Notes: generated from the letters alone by a model not told the origin. DNA of 64,000 nt from the human T2T-CHM13v2.0 reference genome, Homo sapiens (GCF_009914755.1 NC_060932.1); one strand, 5' to 3'. Shown: positions 13,489 through 27,859, counted from the first letter of the stretch. Numbers and translations: made by a program.

Positions 13489-13719
13489 TGGGTATCATAT
13501 TTTTAATCTAGTTTTATTTTAGAAAGATGAAGTTTATTATTTGTAAAACTACTGTTTTCCCCCCAGAGGCATAGTTGATCACCTATGGAAACAACAGAAA
13601 ACATGCTTTCAGCGAACCTTAGGAGTGAACGCTGTGATTTGCATGGGCATTAAATGCTATAAAGGATTTTTTCCTTGCCGCAGTAGTCACTCTCTTTATT
13701 TGTTTATCATACCCTTAGA

Positions 13720-14515
13720 AGATCGGGTGGAAAAAGTTAAGGAGGAAAAAGATGGTTTTTGTCAAGATAATGGCAGGACCAAGAGCGTGAAGGCAAGAAA
13801 CACTGGACATACATCAGGAAGGATCTGCATTTTGGCATGGCAGGACCTGGTGGTACAGGCACCCAGGTGGGCAGATGTGATGTGATGGATGGAGGTGGGT
13901 GCCAGAGCACAGAGGTTCTTGGATGCAGAGTAAGAGGGACTTTGCTTTGGGGGTCTATTGAAAGAACATATTTTTAAATAGGTCTTTAGCATAAAGAGCG
14001 ACTGCTCTAGGAAGATTACTCTAATACATGTTTATTCTGTTATTCAACAAATATTTGTTGAGCTTGTACAATGTACCAGATGCAGTCTAAATGCTGGTCA
14101 CACAGTGAGGCCTTTGTATGGTTCTTTCTCTAAGTCTAGTGAGACCATATAGAATGAATTGGAAAAGCAAGATAATCAGGGTAGTTAAGAGATATTTTCT
14201 GCATTACAGAAGAGAAAAATCTATGCTGAGTTCGTGGCAGTGGGAATGGGAATGGGAATAGAGCAACTGGGCCTGGCTGGAGATAAAAACCCACAGAAAA
14301 TGGACAGAAATTGACAAATCATTTTACGTGAAAGAGTAAGGGAAGTTTAAAAAGAAAGACCTCAATAATTTGGTAAATTGGAGATACCATAACACAAACA
14401 GCTATCCAGCAAATAGAGGCTTTTGAAGAACAATGTGGATTAAGACTGGTATGAACTGAGTTCGGAGGTCTTATGAGATATCTAAGACGGTCTGGAGTTG
14501 AAGCAAGAAGTGCCG
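13720..14515 (-). mobile_element. L2 fragments
   Basis: TTATTCAACAAATATTTGTTGAGC (antisense L2 3' end) plus purine-rich L2 body fragments. Confidence 0.6.
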
Positions 14516-14518
14516 GAA

Positions 14519-14644
14519 AAGGGTGACAATATGATTCATCATCCAAACTAGGACCCCTTGGAGATGAAACAGAGCACTATTAATAACTACACCAGGACAA
14601 CAACATAAATGGGAGCACTCTCAGGAAACCCAGTATTGATGGTG
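14519..14644. mobile_element. MER81 (hAT-Blackjack MITE)
   Basis: AGGGTGACAATATGATTCATCATCCAAACTAGGAC...CACTATTAATAACTACACCAGGACAAC. Confidence 0.75.
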
Positions 14645-15396
14645 GAAGGAAGGTTATAATCACCCACATCATGTGGTAACTGACTTTGTTGCCACATTGT
14701 TAAGGGAGGATGTGGAAGGAGAGGAACAGAGGATGAATGGCCACAGCCACCCTGTGAAATAACTCATTAGATTGTGACTTGGGACACATTGCATTGGGCT
14801 GTATTCTGTGAAGCTTTCCACAGATGGATAAGAGGCTTTGAGAAATCTAGGGTTAAATACCCCATTTACTCTTTAGCAATCTGTTTTGTAGTTATCATTT
14901 TGCCACAAAAAAAAAATAGAGGAGAGGAAGAGATATATAGGTAAGTATAGTAACTCTTTAAATTGTTAAATTTTTCTTTTTTATATCAAGTACTAGGCTG
15001 GAGGTAGGTGCAGCCCTGGCCTGGGCCCTTGAAGCAACACTGTGGGTGTGGGATGGATGTGACAGGCCAGATGGAAAAGCACGGTGACTAGGTATGCTTT
15101 CCATACGAAGATAAGGCCTGCAGAGGAGGGGATGTAATAATGAGCTATTAAGGGTCAGTAATGATGTGCTTATTGACAGGAGCCATTCATTTCCTTGTAG
15201 TGTTCTATTTGCCAAGGATATGTGTTAGAAAGTATGTTAATAACTGTGAAGGAGGTGCTGAATGAATATAAGTCTAGAAAGCCTAATTTAGATACAACCG
15301 TGGACACTAACTGAAGGCCCTTTAAATTTTCATCCATTAAAAATGAATTTTTTTCCCTCAGGAATAATGCTAATTAGTCATAAAATCTTACCATAA

Positions 15397-16106
<710 letters not shown>

Positions 16107-17695
16107 TTAGATAGATAGTATCTATCATTTCATCTGTATATTTTACAATAATATAATAATATTATAACAGACAGATTGTTAAATGCTTCTATAGGACTTC
16201 CTTTTAAAAATGAACTCTCAAGAGTGAAAGCACCACATTAGTATTCAGTCCAATAAACGACTGTTGAGGAATTGCCTGATCATTTCCTTAAATAAAAGCA
16301 TTTTTTAAACCAGTATTTCTCTGGGAAAATTTCACTTTAGTAATTATGTATTCAGACAACAAAACCCAGAATGGATGCTGTTTCGGATTAGAAAATGTAT
16401 TTTATTCTATATTCCTGGATCGCAGGCAATGAAATTTCAATTTTCTGAGAACTGGCTTTTCCTAAATTAATTGTCTGCTCAGCAGACTTACTTGGCTCTT
16501 TAAACATTCTGAGTATTATTTTTGCACTTGTGTTTACCATCTTATCACTTTGGTGATTGTTTTTCTTGATAAAAACATACTAAAAGAGAAAACTTACTTA
16601 GGAAATCCAAATTAATTTATTTCAAACCACAGTCGTTTTGCTCGGCTATATTAATATGCCAGAGCTAAATGAACTTATTATTTAATTTTTTTAACCAATG
16701 AATGTGGTCCAGATTTGAATAGCAGAAGCCCCAATATCATTGCCCCAGGAGAGCAAAGCCAAGATCTTCTGCATTCCTTCACAAGGAATCCCAAAGAAAT
16801 GCTAATTAACTAATTTAGGTTGTAAGTTTACAGTAGCTCTTTATGTCTGTCAATTTTATGTGTTAGTATAGATTTCATTTAGACCTTTTATCAGACTGGA
16901 AAACCTAGCAACACTTGAAAACAGTTGATTTAATTTTCTCTTCTTTCCACCTGTATTAAGAGGCATGTAGGAGACTTGAATGCATAACAAATGCATTTTA
17001 ATCAATAAACCCTAAAATTGGTTTCAATATATTCAGAACATCAAAAGGAAAATGATGTATAGGTGATGACTCATCTCTGATCTAGGATAATTTAAGAAAA
17101 AGATACAATTTTATATAAGACGTTAAATATAGCCATTACTGGAGTTGGCAGGCTCCATACCTACCCTAGATCAATGGAATCTAATAGGAAGATGTAACTC
17201 TAATGGCTCTTCCAAGCCATCTTATTATTATGTGGGCACTTTCAAGAGGCTATCCATGTGAAGAGATCCAAATATAAGATTCTAGATCTTACTGTACCAT
17301 TTAACTGAAGCTTTTGCTGTGGCTCCTGGCTGCAGCAGTCACAGCAGACAGGGAAAACTTTGAAGCTCCTCCTATCCCTCCACAGATTTTTGTCAGGGTT
17401 TTGAGTCAGAGGATATAGCAAAGGTGTACAAGAGCACAGGAAAAATAGGATAACAATTTAGACATAGAGAACAATTGAATCTCTACCTGCTCTTCCAAAA
17501 AATATTTTCATTATTGAACCTAAAAAGTGTTATACTTTAAGCAACAAAACCATTATCTAACTAACTGCATAGTTACAAATTTAAGAAGTGCAAGCCTCAA
17601 GCGGAAATTTTTTTTCTAGATAGTGCATTCTCCAAACTCATTTCAGTAATATATGAATCCTGTGAGTTTATAATCACTTTAATAGATAACTAGAA

Positions 17696-17721
17696 AGATA
17701 GATGATATATTAGATGATAGG

Positions 17722-17766
<45 letters not shown>

Positions 17767-17782
17767 GATAGATAGATAGATA
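17696..17782. repeat. (GATA)n tetranucleotide STR
   Basis: About 11 uninterrupted TAGA units from 17722, plus degenerate flanking units. Confidence 0.95.
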
Positions 17783-17786
17783 CCAC

Positions 17787-18171
17787 TGATATGGGTTGTC
17801 TCTGTGTCCCCACCCAAATCTCATGTTGAATTGTAATCCTGAATGTTGGGGGAGGAACCTGGTGGGAGATCATTGGATCATGGTGGCGGATTTCCCCATT
17901 GCTGTTCTCATGATAGTGAGTGAGTTCTCAAGAGATCTGGTTGTTTGAAAATGTGTAGCGCTTCCCCCTTTGCTCTCTTCTTCCTCCTGCTCCCTCCAGG
18001 TAAGACGTGTTTGCTTCTCCTTCGCCGTCCACCATGATTGTAAGTTTCCTGAGGCCTCCCAGTCATGCTTCCTGTACAGCCTGTTGAACTTCAGTCAATT
18101 AAACTTTTTTTCTGTATAAATTACCCAGTCTCTGGTAGTTCTTTATAGTAGTGGGAGAATGGACGAATACA
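17787..18171 (+). mobile_element. MSTA-like MaLR solo LTR
   Basis: TGATATGG...CCCACCCAAATCTCATGTTGAATTGTAATCC...GGACGAATACA. Confidence 0.9.
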
Positions 18172-19744
18172 GACACATTTCTTTAAAGATTTATAACTAA
18201 CACCATTTCTCTTCCTTTACTCTTTGCCCATTCCCTGTGGGATCTGAATGAATGTTCAACGTACAATACAAGTATCTAAGCAAAGCCCCCTCCCCACCAT
18301 TTTAAAATTTTGGTTCCATGCCCCAAACCCTATGGCCACCTACCCAGGATGAAGACAGTTTTCAGCTGAATACTCCGTGGATGTCCTAATAGGAGTCCAG
18401 GCTAGCCTTGGGCACCAATTCACAGTTTCTCCCTTTATCCTGGAACTCTCCCAGGAAGAGACACTGCATTGCACAGTGTTGTGATAAAAGCCTCCTAGGA
18501 GGAGCATCTTAAACACAGTACATATGGAGGCACTTGGCAATACCCCTCACTAAGAGAGAGCTGTTGTCAGTAAATCAGGCTCTTTCTATTATGAAGTTCA
18601 TTTTATGTTGCTAAGGGAAAAATAGCACTGAATCATTAGTCATCTAGAACATTTTTTTTCAACATAGAGAGCAACAAAATGTATCTCTGAGGAAAATTAA
18701 TCTGAGGCTACATCTGTGGACTAAACTGAATGTTTCTGAGTCTGGAAATTTGATTTAAGAAATTGTTTTTGCATAAATAGATTTATGCTCACATTGTCAG
18801 GTAAATAGAAGCAATACATCACCTTCCAGCTAAAAATGGGAGGAAGGTCAGTTGGATGAGGATAATTGGGGAGAAGTTATAATTTTTCAAATGAAATTAT
18901 AGGATAAAACTTGGGGCTTTTTTTTTCTTTTTGATTTCAACAGAGAAGAAAGAAAATTATAAATACTTTCAATAATGAATTTGAGCTCCATGCAACTGAC
19001 AGTAGAAGTGAGATTAGCATATATTTTGATTGACATTAGAAGTCTATTCCTGTTTATTTAACTCTGAGTTACCATTATTTTGATATTAAGTTAATGGAGA
19101 GGGAAAAGACACACCATCATCTTGTCAAGCTAAGCAGAGAAATAGATCTGATTTCCTACTGGGAAATTATAAACATATCTTCTTTCCTGTTGGGATAAAA
19201 TCAGAGCTGGAGTTCATTTCCTATTGGGGTTATGCTGGCTGTCTCTGACACCGTAAGTCTAGAAGTAGTGATATTGTTTATATATCAAAACTGTGATCAT
19301 GAAAAACATATATGTAGGAAAAAAATGCAAAGGGCAGCCTAGAGTATGGGAATATGAGATAGTCAAATGCATATGTGGGAACTTAACTGCATTTTGAGAG
19401 TAAATTCTTGAATGTGCATACGTAGCATGTGCTTTTCTTCAGATGGTTAGTTTTTTCCTGTCTGTGTCATTTTTTCTTTATTATAGCTAAATGAGTATTT
19501 ATTAAAGGCTCATTTTATTGTATTAATACTGAAAGTATAGATTTGCCTTTTTTTGGTTAAATGTAGTCACATGTCTATCATAAGTGAAGAATATTTGAAG
19601 TTTCTGAGCTTTACAGCACAAGGCATGGGATTATTTTGGCTTTTTAAGAGTGGGATCATTTCTTCACTTATTGTTGTTTAAGTTTGAACAATTTCATTCT
19701 CCTTATAATGATTATAAGGACATGAAATTTAATATAAACACTTC

Positions 19745-21570
19745 TGTTTATTCATTAAAAAGTAGTTACTATAAGCCTGCTATGTGTTAAGTGCTATTCT
19801 AGGTTCCAGGACACAGGGGTGAATTAGACAGTTATTAACCTCATAGGGTTTACATTCTAGGGGAGAGTCTAGAGAATTAAAAATAAATGTATAATGCTAT
19901 GGTCACTGTGATACATGCTGCAAAGAAAAAATAAAACAGAGTAGTAAGATAGAGAATGTCTTGGGAGGAGAAAGAGGTAGTCAGGAGACATTTCTTTGAG
20001 GGGATGACATTTGATCATAGGATATTTGCTGACAACAACAAAGTAATAACCACAGGTCTCTGGAGGGGCATCTCAAGCTAAGAAAACAGTGAGTATAAAA
20101 GGCCTGAGACAGGGAAGAAGCTTGATGTCAAAGGAACAGGAAAAATGCTGATGGGGCTAAGCTGCAGCAAGAGAGTCTGATTTTAAGATGGAGTCAGAAA
20201 GACCAAAGCCAGATTATGAAGGGAATTTTTGTTTCATTTTGTTTTGTTTTATTTTTTTTTGAGACAGAGTCTTGTTCTGTCACCCAGGCTGGAGTGCAGT
20301 GGCCTCAAACTCCTTGCTTAAGTGGTCCTTTGCCTCTGCCTCCTAAGTAGCTGGGACTATAGATGTGCACCACCATACCCAGCTATTTAAAAAAACATTT
20401 TTTTTTTTTTTTTTGCAGAGGTGAGGACTCACTATGCTGTCCAGACTGGTCTCAAACTCCTGGCCTCAAGCCATCCTCCCTGCTCAGTCTCCCAAAGTGC
20501 AGGCCTGAGCCACCAAGGTGAACGGTGTTCTTGATCATGTAAAGGACTTTGGATTCTCTTCTCAGCATGATGGAAAGCCACTGGAAAACATACCACATAG
20601 AAATGACATAAGCTGATTTATATTTAAAATAAAATCCTTATGATTGCCATGAGAAGCGTTGAATGTGAGGTGGGGAAGAGAGAGACGGGGGCAAGAGTAG
20701 AAGCTAAGACGACCAGGCAAGAGATGATGATGGAGACTTAGGCTGGAGGTGGCAAGATGTCACTCTTGGCCATATTTCAAAGTAAGATTTGCTCATGGAC
20801 TAGTTGTTACAAGACAGGTGAGTAATGGGGACAAGGCTATTTGTAGGATTATAAGTGAAAGAATAGTTGCTATTTATGAAAACAGGAAAGACTGGGCCTT
20901 GTTAGGTTTCAGATGCCTTAGAAAATGAGACTTAGAATTCTGAGAATTGGCTTGGGCTGGAAATATAAACTCAGTAAACATCAGAATATAGATGATAATT
21001 AAATCCAGGGGACGGGGCAAGTCCCTCTAGAAGTGAGCATATATAAATAAGAGGTCTGAGGACTGAGCACTGAGCTCTGAGACCTACAATTGCATGATTG
21101 AGGAGAGGAGGAGCCAGTAATGAAGACTGCAGTGCCCAAGGAGGTAGAAAGAACAACTGGAGGTTACAGTGTTCTGAAAGCCAAAAGGCGAATGTGTTTC
21201 AAGAGAAAAAGAGTGCTTCCTATGTTGTACACTCCCAAGAGGCTGATGACAATGACTTTGTGAGCTTGCCAATTGCATTCTCAGTCTGGAGGCATGGGTA
21301 AAGCCGGTTGAGGAGAGAATTCAAGACAAGAACATGTAAAGAATTTGTAGAGACAACTCTTTCTAAACGGATGGTTACAAGGCCACACAGAACAGGCTGT
21401 GGCTGAAGGGAATGGGGATTCTTGGAAGAGCATTTTAATTTTTATGGAAATTATTATAGCACATTCATCAATGGTCATGATCTAGGAGAGAAGGATAAAG
21501 TAATGAAATAGAAAAGGAAGGGAATAATTACAAGATCAAAATCCTTGAGGAGGTGAAAGTGGACAAGGTC
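19745..21570 (-). mobile_element. L2a-like LINE remnant, with further fragments to about 23300
   Basis: TTATTCATT...TATGTGTTAAGTGCTATTCTAGG (3' end) and GGGCTGGAAATATAAACT...GACTGAGCACTGAG. Confidence 0.75.
20226..20518 (-). mobile_element. AluJ-like with internal deletions
   Basis: TTTTGAGACAGAGTCTTGTTCTGTCACCCAGGCTGG...CTCCCAAAGTGC. Confidence 0.9.
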
Positions 21571-22118
21571 CATGATGGTTAATTTTAGGTGCCAACTTGA
21601 CTGGATTAAGGGATACCCAGAAAGGTGGTAAAGCATTATTTTTGTGTTCATCTGTGAGGATGTTTACAGAGGAGACTGGCATTTGAATCAGTGGACTGAG
21701 TAAGGAAAATTCACCCACACCCAATGTGAGAGCCTAGATAGCAGAGGAAAAATTTTTCTCTCTTTTCTGCTGGAGCTGGAGCACCCTTCTTCTCCTGCCC
21801 TTCAACATCAGAACTCCAGGTTCTCTGGCCTTGGGACTCTAGGACTTACACAGGCAGCACCCCAAGTTCTCAGGCCTGTGGCTTTAGACTGAAATTTACA
21901 CCATTGACTTTCCTGGTTCTGAGACCTTCATACATGGACTGAGACATGCTATCGGCTTCCCTAGCTCTCCAATGTGCAGGTCACCTATGGTGGGACTTCT
22001 CAGCCTCCATAACCACATAAGCCAATTTCCCTGAGACATCTATTCCCCTCTCATACATCTACCTCTATGAATATATCCTATTGTTTCTCTTTCTTTGGAG
22101 ATCCTGTCAACTAACACA
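21571..22118 (+). mobile_element. MLT2B-like ERVL solo LTR
   Basis: GATGGTTAATTTTAGGTGCCAACTTGACTGGATTAAGGGATACCCAG...CCTATTGTTTCTCTTTCTTTGGAGA...CTAACACA. Confidence 0.88.
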
Positions 22119-22184
22119 AAATTCAACCCACATGTCAAGTGGTTGGCCTCAGCTAGGAGTAGACCTAGTTAAGCATTGTAAAAA

Positions 22185-22417
22185 GAGGCAGGCGGATCAC
22201 GAAGTCAGGAGATCGAGACCATCCTGGCTAACACAGTGAAACCCCGTCTCTACTAAAAATACAAAAAATTAGCCAGGCATGGTGGCGGGTGCCTGTAGTC
22301 CCAGCTACTCAGGAGGCTGAGGCAGGAGAGTGGCATGAACCCGGGAGGCGGAGGTTGCAGTGAGCCGAGATGGAGCCACTGCACTCCAGCGACAGAGTGA
22401 GACTCCATCTGAAAAAA

Positions 22418-22455
<38 letters not shown>
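22185..22455 (+). mobile_element. AluY/Sc8-like, 5'-truncated, with (TAAA)n tail
   Basis: GGCGGATCACGAAGTCAGGAGATCGAGACCATCCTGGCTAACAC. Confidence 0.93.
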
Positions 22456-22456
<1 letters not shown>

Positions 22457-22792
22457 GAGGGAACACAGAGAAGATGGGCAGAGATGTCAACAGGTTGTTA
22501 GATGTGGTGGTGGCTGACAGGGTAGTTCTTTTTCTGATAATTATTTTATAAGCTAAGAATGAGAAGAGGAAAGGGGTAATTGGAGTTTTAAGGAAAGAGA
22601 AGATGTGCAATAGTAATCTGAGATAATGGGAGAAATAAGGCTTACTTGAAAGTAGTGGTCATGTGTTTAAGTTGAGCATCTTCAGCTTAAGTGTGGGTTT
22701 TTGTTTAGCCTACTCTACTGCTCAGGGCCAGTAAAGAATAAATGGAGAGCTGGAGTCCTTCCAAGTGAGTAAGTTGGAGAGCGTCTTGGACA

Positions 22793-23012
22793 CAGGCTCT
22801 CAAACTTTTCCTGCAAAAGGTCAGACAGTAAATATTTTAGGCTCACTTTGTAACCATACAGTTTGTCACAACTACTCAATTTGCCATTTTAGTGCAAAAG
22901 CAGTCATAGACAATACATAAACAAATGGTGTGGCCAGGTCCCAATAAAACATTACTTATAAAAACAGGCAGTGAACTGATTTGTCCTGAGATCCTTAGTT
23001 TGCTGGCCTATG
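22793..23012. mobile_element. MER58A (hAT-Charlie)
   Basis: CAAACTTTTCCTGCAAAAGGTCAGACAGTAAATATTTTAGGCT...CCAATAAAAC...AAAACAGGCAG. Confidence 0.85.
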
Positions 23013-23949
23013 GTCTAAGGAATTGAGGGTGCATGCAAGGAACTATTGTATTAATGGCCCATGGACGCAAAGCTGGATAACATCGGAAGTGGGCACACAA
23101 GAATGTGATGGGTTGCAAATGGCTTAGAGGTCTAGATGAGGGCAGTAAATTATTGGAATAGGGGTACTATTTAAAAACAACTGGAAAGAAAGAAGTTGGT
23201 GCTTAGAGTGTTTGCAGGTTGACATCTAGTTGTTAGAGGTGAAATCATCATTGGATAGGAGCCAAAGGAGGACATGAATCTAGGAGCCTTGGAGATGGGG
23301 AAGCAACTTTTAAATGTTTTGGTCTAAGTCTTGATGAGGGAATGGGAGGTCTTACCAGGAACAAGTGCTGCTCTGGAGACATCTCTCAAATCAGGGGCAA
23401 CTGGAGCTTTGTGCACCTCCTTTATAGATTCCCACGAACAGCAGGATGGGCTGACTTCTCCTGGGATTCAGATCTCTGGGATTCTCCTCAACACTATGCT
23501 GAAATGAAGGCATGGTCAAGTAGAAGTCATTTTGCAGGAGTCTGTGTACCCTAAAGTCTCACTTCAAATCATTTGTTAGTTACTTCCAGTGTATCTGGTA
23601 CCACATCTCTTTCTAGATTATTATTTGCTAATATTCTGTGAGAGGGGAAAAGAAGACAGGATGATTATTATTCTTGAAAATTCACCTCAGTTGATAATGT
23701 CTACCAAGAGACATTCTTGTCATTCCTTTCTCGAGTAGTGCAGTATTTAGATAGAAAGTATTTATGTAATTGTAGAAAGAGTCTTGTTGTTAGGAAATTT
23801 GATGGTCATTTCTGATATAAAATATTTTTGAAAGATAACTTCTCGGATTAACTCATCTCTTTGCTTATTCTTTCAGTTTATGTGCTAGGCAGATAAAAAC
23901 ATTTAAGGCAAAGTCTCTTCCCTCAAGATACTCAGGCTAGATGTGGAGA

Positions 23950-24519
23950 TGAGACAGGAATAACACAGGATGGTTGCAGGAGAACAGAAAACTCCAGGCA
24001 GCAGTTCCACATGACTAGCAAAAGGAAACTGTTGAAATAACTATAGAAGCTAGGAGCTGATAAGACCCTGAAAAACAGGGTACAGACTAAGCTGGCTAAG
24101 ACCAACATGGCACTGAATTTTACCTAGGTTTCACCTAGGACCTCATTATATACTAATAAACATACTGAATCACACACCCACCAATACCACGACAGTTCTG
24201 GGGAAATCCATATTTGGTATAAAAATGGGTGACACCACAGTTCTGAGAAATCTCCACCTTTTCCCAGGAATCTTCATGACTATTCCACCCTTGGCTAAAG
24301 AAACCCATGAAGATAGAAACCCCAGTCCCCATTACATGGCTCTCTTGACTATACCCACACTCCCTTTTCTTGAGAGTACTTTTCCCTTTGCAATAAGTCT
24401 CCATATTTTCATATTTTCTGACCTTGAATTCATTCTCATGATGGTGTCAAGAGCCTGGACACCAGCTGGAGTTGAGGTCCCAGAGGTGTCTCAGGACCTC
24501 CCTCGGCCCACTGGTGTCA
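23950..24519 (+). mobile_element. MER41-related ERV1 solo LTR (MER41D/E-like)
   Basis: TGAGACAGGAATAACACAGG...CACATGACTAGCAAAAGGAAACTGTTGAAATA...CTGGTGTCA with TG...CA ends; no clean TSD. Confidence 0.75.
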
Positions 24520-24584
24520 AAGTGGATTACGTAAATAAATAATTGCAAGATACCCAATTAATTGCTATAACAAGGCAAAGAAGA

Positions 24585-25150
24585 GTAATTCATTTGTTTA
24601 TTCATCATAAGTTTTATTTTTACTCTTTTCTATATGCCAGGCAGATAAAAATAAATAAGATATTTTTTTTGCTGTCAAGGTGCTCAGAGGCTAGGTATGG
24701 AGATGGTTAGATAAGCAAATGACTGCAAGCTACTGCATGCATTGCTACCATAAAGAAGGTACAAATAAACCACAGTGATAGCACAAAGAAGGTTGGAATT
24801 GACTCCACATGAGAGGTACAGAAAGGCTTCACCAAGGGGAAAATCCTCAACTGGGTCTTGAAAGATAGTTAGGATAGCACCAAGAGTGGAGGAACATACC
24901 AGGAGGAGGGGATTAGCAAATGTGTAGAGTCTGATGATAGCTAGAGCATTGGGACAATAGAGGAGAAAACAGGACATGAGGCTGGAAAGTTGGTGGGACC
25001 AGGGAATGGGAGGATGGCAGTAGGGGGAAGTTAGACCTTCTCAGCAAGACTCTGGAAGACCTAGAAGGGCTTAAATCAGGGAAATAAATATCAGATTTAC
25101 ATCTCAGAGAGAAAATGGAGAAAGGATTAGAGGAAGGTGAGTCTGGAGGC
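24585..25150 (-). mobile_element. L2 remnant
   Basis: TTCATTTGTTTATTC...TATATGCCAGGCA and GGGTCTTGAAAGATAGTTAGGA. Confidence 0.6.
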
Positions 25151-26252
25151 AAAAGTTTTCCAGTTTTAAATTTTTTTTAACTTTTTTTCCTCTCCCCATC
25201 CCCCTTTTAAAAAAAATTTGGTTGTGACGGATTCAATTGACATGTAAAACACAAAATCTCAGAATCAAATGGTTGTTTAGGTTCTTTATAATTTTAACCT
25301 ATGCTGGTTTAGGTCATTCCTCTGCACTCGGGTTCCAGTGCTTATATCTGTCACCAGTTCATGTGCTGAATATTAATAATGGATCTTTCTCTGACATCAG
25401 CCTGGAAATTCCCTGAGGATGAGGGCCAACTTTATTTACTTTAGTGGACATCTTGCATAAGTTCACATTATATAAATTCAACTACTATTGCTGAACTGAA
25501 CCAAATGCTGATTCCTTTATATTTAATAACTATAGAATAATTGGAATTGGGGGGAAAGAATGCCTATTATCAATATACCTGGTAACCTGTCAATGCAGAT
25601 AAGACAACATGTCCAAACTTCCAAAACATAGCTCAGCTAATATTGCAGAATGGAATAACCTAAAGGAATAGAGAATGAGAGATCCACGAGGCTCAATGTG
25701 ATTCTAACTTCTTCAAAGTAGGTTTTTTTTTCAACCTGCATGCAATTTATTTCCTAAGATACTTTCTCATCATACATTATATAAACATGATGATATAAAA
25801 ACAATTCTTGAGGCAATATTAGGAAACACTAAAGTTAGGGTCTAACTTAAACGGACTGTCAAAAGCAAAGGTATAAAATGATGGTGTCCATAGGTAACCC
25901 CCGTTTATGTCCCTCTTGCTCTGCGATGCTTCAGACATTGTGAACTATGGACTTTCATCACGTGTTTCTGCTTAAATGGAAGCCACATTGCTGCCCTGTA
26001 CAAAAGAATAACTTTTAGCAGATTTTATTTGTAAAAAAAAAAAATCCCCTCTACACTGCTTAACACAATGTGATAGTAGTGGCACTGTATCAGTAGTGTA
26101 TTAACCATTGGATAAGACATAGTATCAAAAATGAATTCCACACTGTATTCTCCTTGGTATAATTTAAAATATACAGAAGTCCTCCAGCATTATGGGACAG
26201 ATAAAACGCATTTCAGGACTTCTAGACAAAAGTGGTATCTGAAAGCTGTGTT

Positions 26253-26608
26253 TTGTTTTTTTTTTTAATTTTATTGTTATTATACTTTAAGTTTTAGGGT
26301 ACATGTGCACAACGTGCAGGTTTGTTACATATGTATACATGTGCCATGTTGGTGTGCTGCACCCATTAACTCATCATTTAGCATTAGGTATATCTCCCAG
26401 TGCTATCCCTCCCCCCTCCCCCCACCCCACAACAGTCCCCGGTGTGTGATGTTCCCCTTCCTGTGTCCATGTGTTCTCATTGTTCAATTCCCACCTATGA
26501 ATGAGAACATGCGGTGTTTGGTTTTTTGTCCTTGAGATAGTTTGCTGAGAATGATGGTTTCCAGTTTCATCCATGTCCCTACAAAGGACATGAACTCATC
26601 ATTTTTTA
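26253..26608 (-). mobile_element. L1PA4/5-like 3' fragment
   Basis: Poly-T plus L1PA 3' UTR; TSD TGAAAGCTGTGTT at 26240-26252 and 26609-26621. Confidence 0.95.
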
Positions 26609-27598
26609 TGAAAGCTGTGTTCTTTTAAAGAACAGGGACAAATAGATTATTTACATGTCAAAAAAGAAAATAATCCTCAGGCTACCTGCAGGGACGGAAG
26701 GGCCAATGTGACCAAATATCACTAAAAAGTATATATGGTAAATACTTGTCTCTGCTTATGATATTAAGAATGGGTACATTCTCTCCAGGCTTACAGTACA
26801 TGGCATTTACCTCCTAACAGTAGTAGAACTCTTGCCTTTCTGGCTGCTGTATATACAAAGTTGCATTCTCAGTGACAATTTGTTTTTCTTCCTCTAGGCA
26901 ATGAAGCCCCCAACTATGTAGCTCATAAAATCTTCACAAGGATAATAGTAACACTTAGACTTGTATAATAGAACCAAATACTTTAAGAGATTTATTGATC
27001 ATGAATCAGTTTGTTTCTACCACATTTCTACGGATTAGATCTTGTGGTATTATTTCATTTTTATAGCTGAGATATCACTGATGATGAACAGGTTGTTCTG
27101 GTTTTCCAAAGGGAAGAGGAGAGAGAGCAGGATGAGGCATTTCTCAGTGAGGAATCTTACCATGTGGTCAGATTGGTTGGAAGTCTGTTTATTATTGAAC
27201 TTCTTTATGTCAAAGTTAGTGAGTAATCAAGGAATTTCCAACCCTGCACAATGTACTGAATCATTCTGAAGCAATCACTTATCCACAGGGCAAAATATGA
27301 TACTCATTATTTAATTGGCAGAAACCCTAGGGGGCTTTTCATCAAGGAGATCCTATAAAGATTTTTTTCTGAGTTAAGGCAGTACCTTAAATTTCATTTT
27401 TGTTTTTAATGTCAGTCGGTGGCTTTTATCTCCATGACAGTACTATAAATGTGACAGTTCATAACATTTAGGTAAGGAAAAGCAAGCATGATTTGGGCTG
27501 AATAAGAAGTGGATTCAAATGAGTCACTGAGGAAGACCGTAGAATCCCTTTCATTCTGCAGTACCTGAGCTGCTGTGGATGTGATCTCAGAAAGTAGG

Positions 27599-27859
27599 TG
27601 TGATGGTTAATTGGACGCATCAACCTGGAGGGTGTTTTGGATGACATTAACCTTTAAATTGGTGAGCTCTGAGTAAGCAGATCACCCTCCATGATGTGGG
27701 TGGTCCTCATCCAATCAGTAGAAAGCCTGAACAGAACAAAAAGACTAGCTTCCCTGAGTAAGAGGGAACCCTCCAGCAGACTGCCTTCATTTATTTACAT
27801 CTTATCATAAGGAGAAGAGTCCTATTGATTCTGTTTCTTTTGAGAACCCTGCTAATGCA
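27599..27859 (+). mobile_element. MLT2D-like ERVL solo LTR, internally deleted
   Basis: TGTGATGGTTAAT...GAGAACCCTGCTAATGCA with a perfect 5-bp TSD GTAGG. Confidence 0.85.

Noticed and set aside
19205-19248. Frame LEFISYWGY loosely resembling an acid-lipase N-terminal motif
   Set aside because: A stop follows within five codons and no other lipase-like sequence is seen; treated as coincidence.
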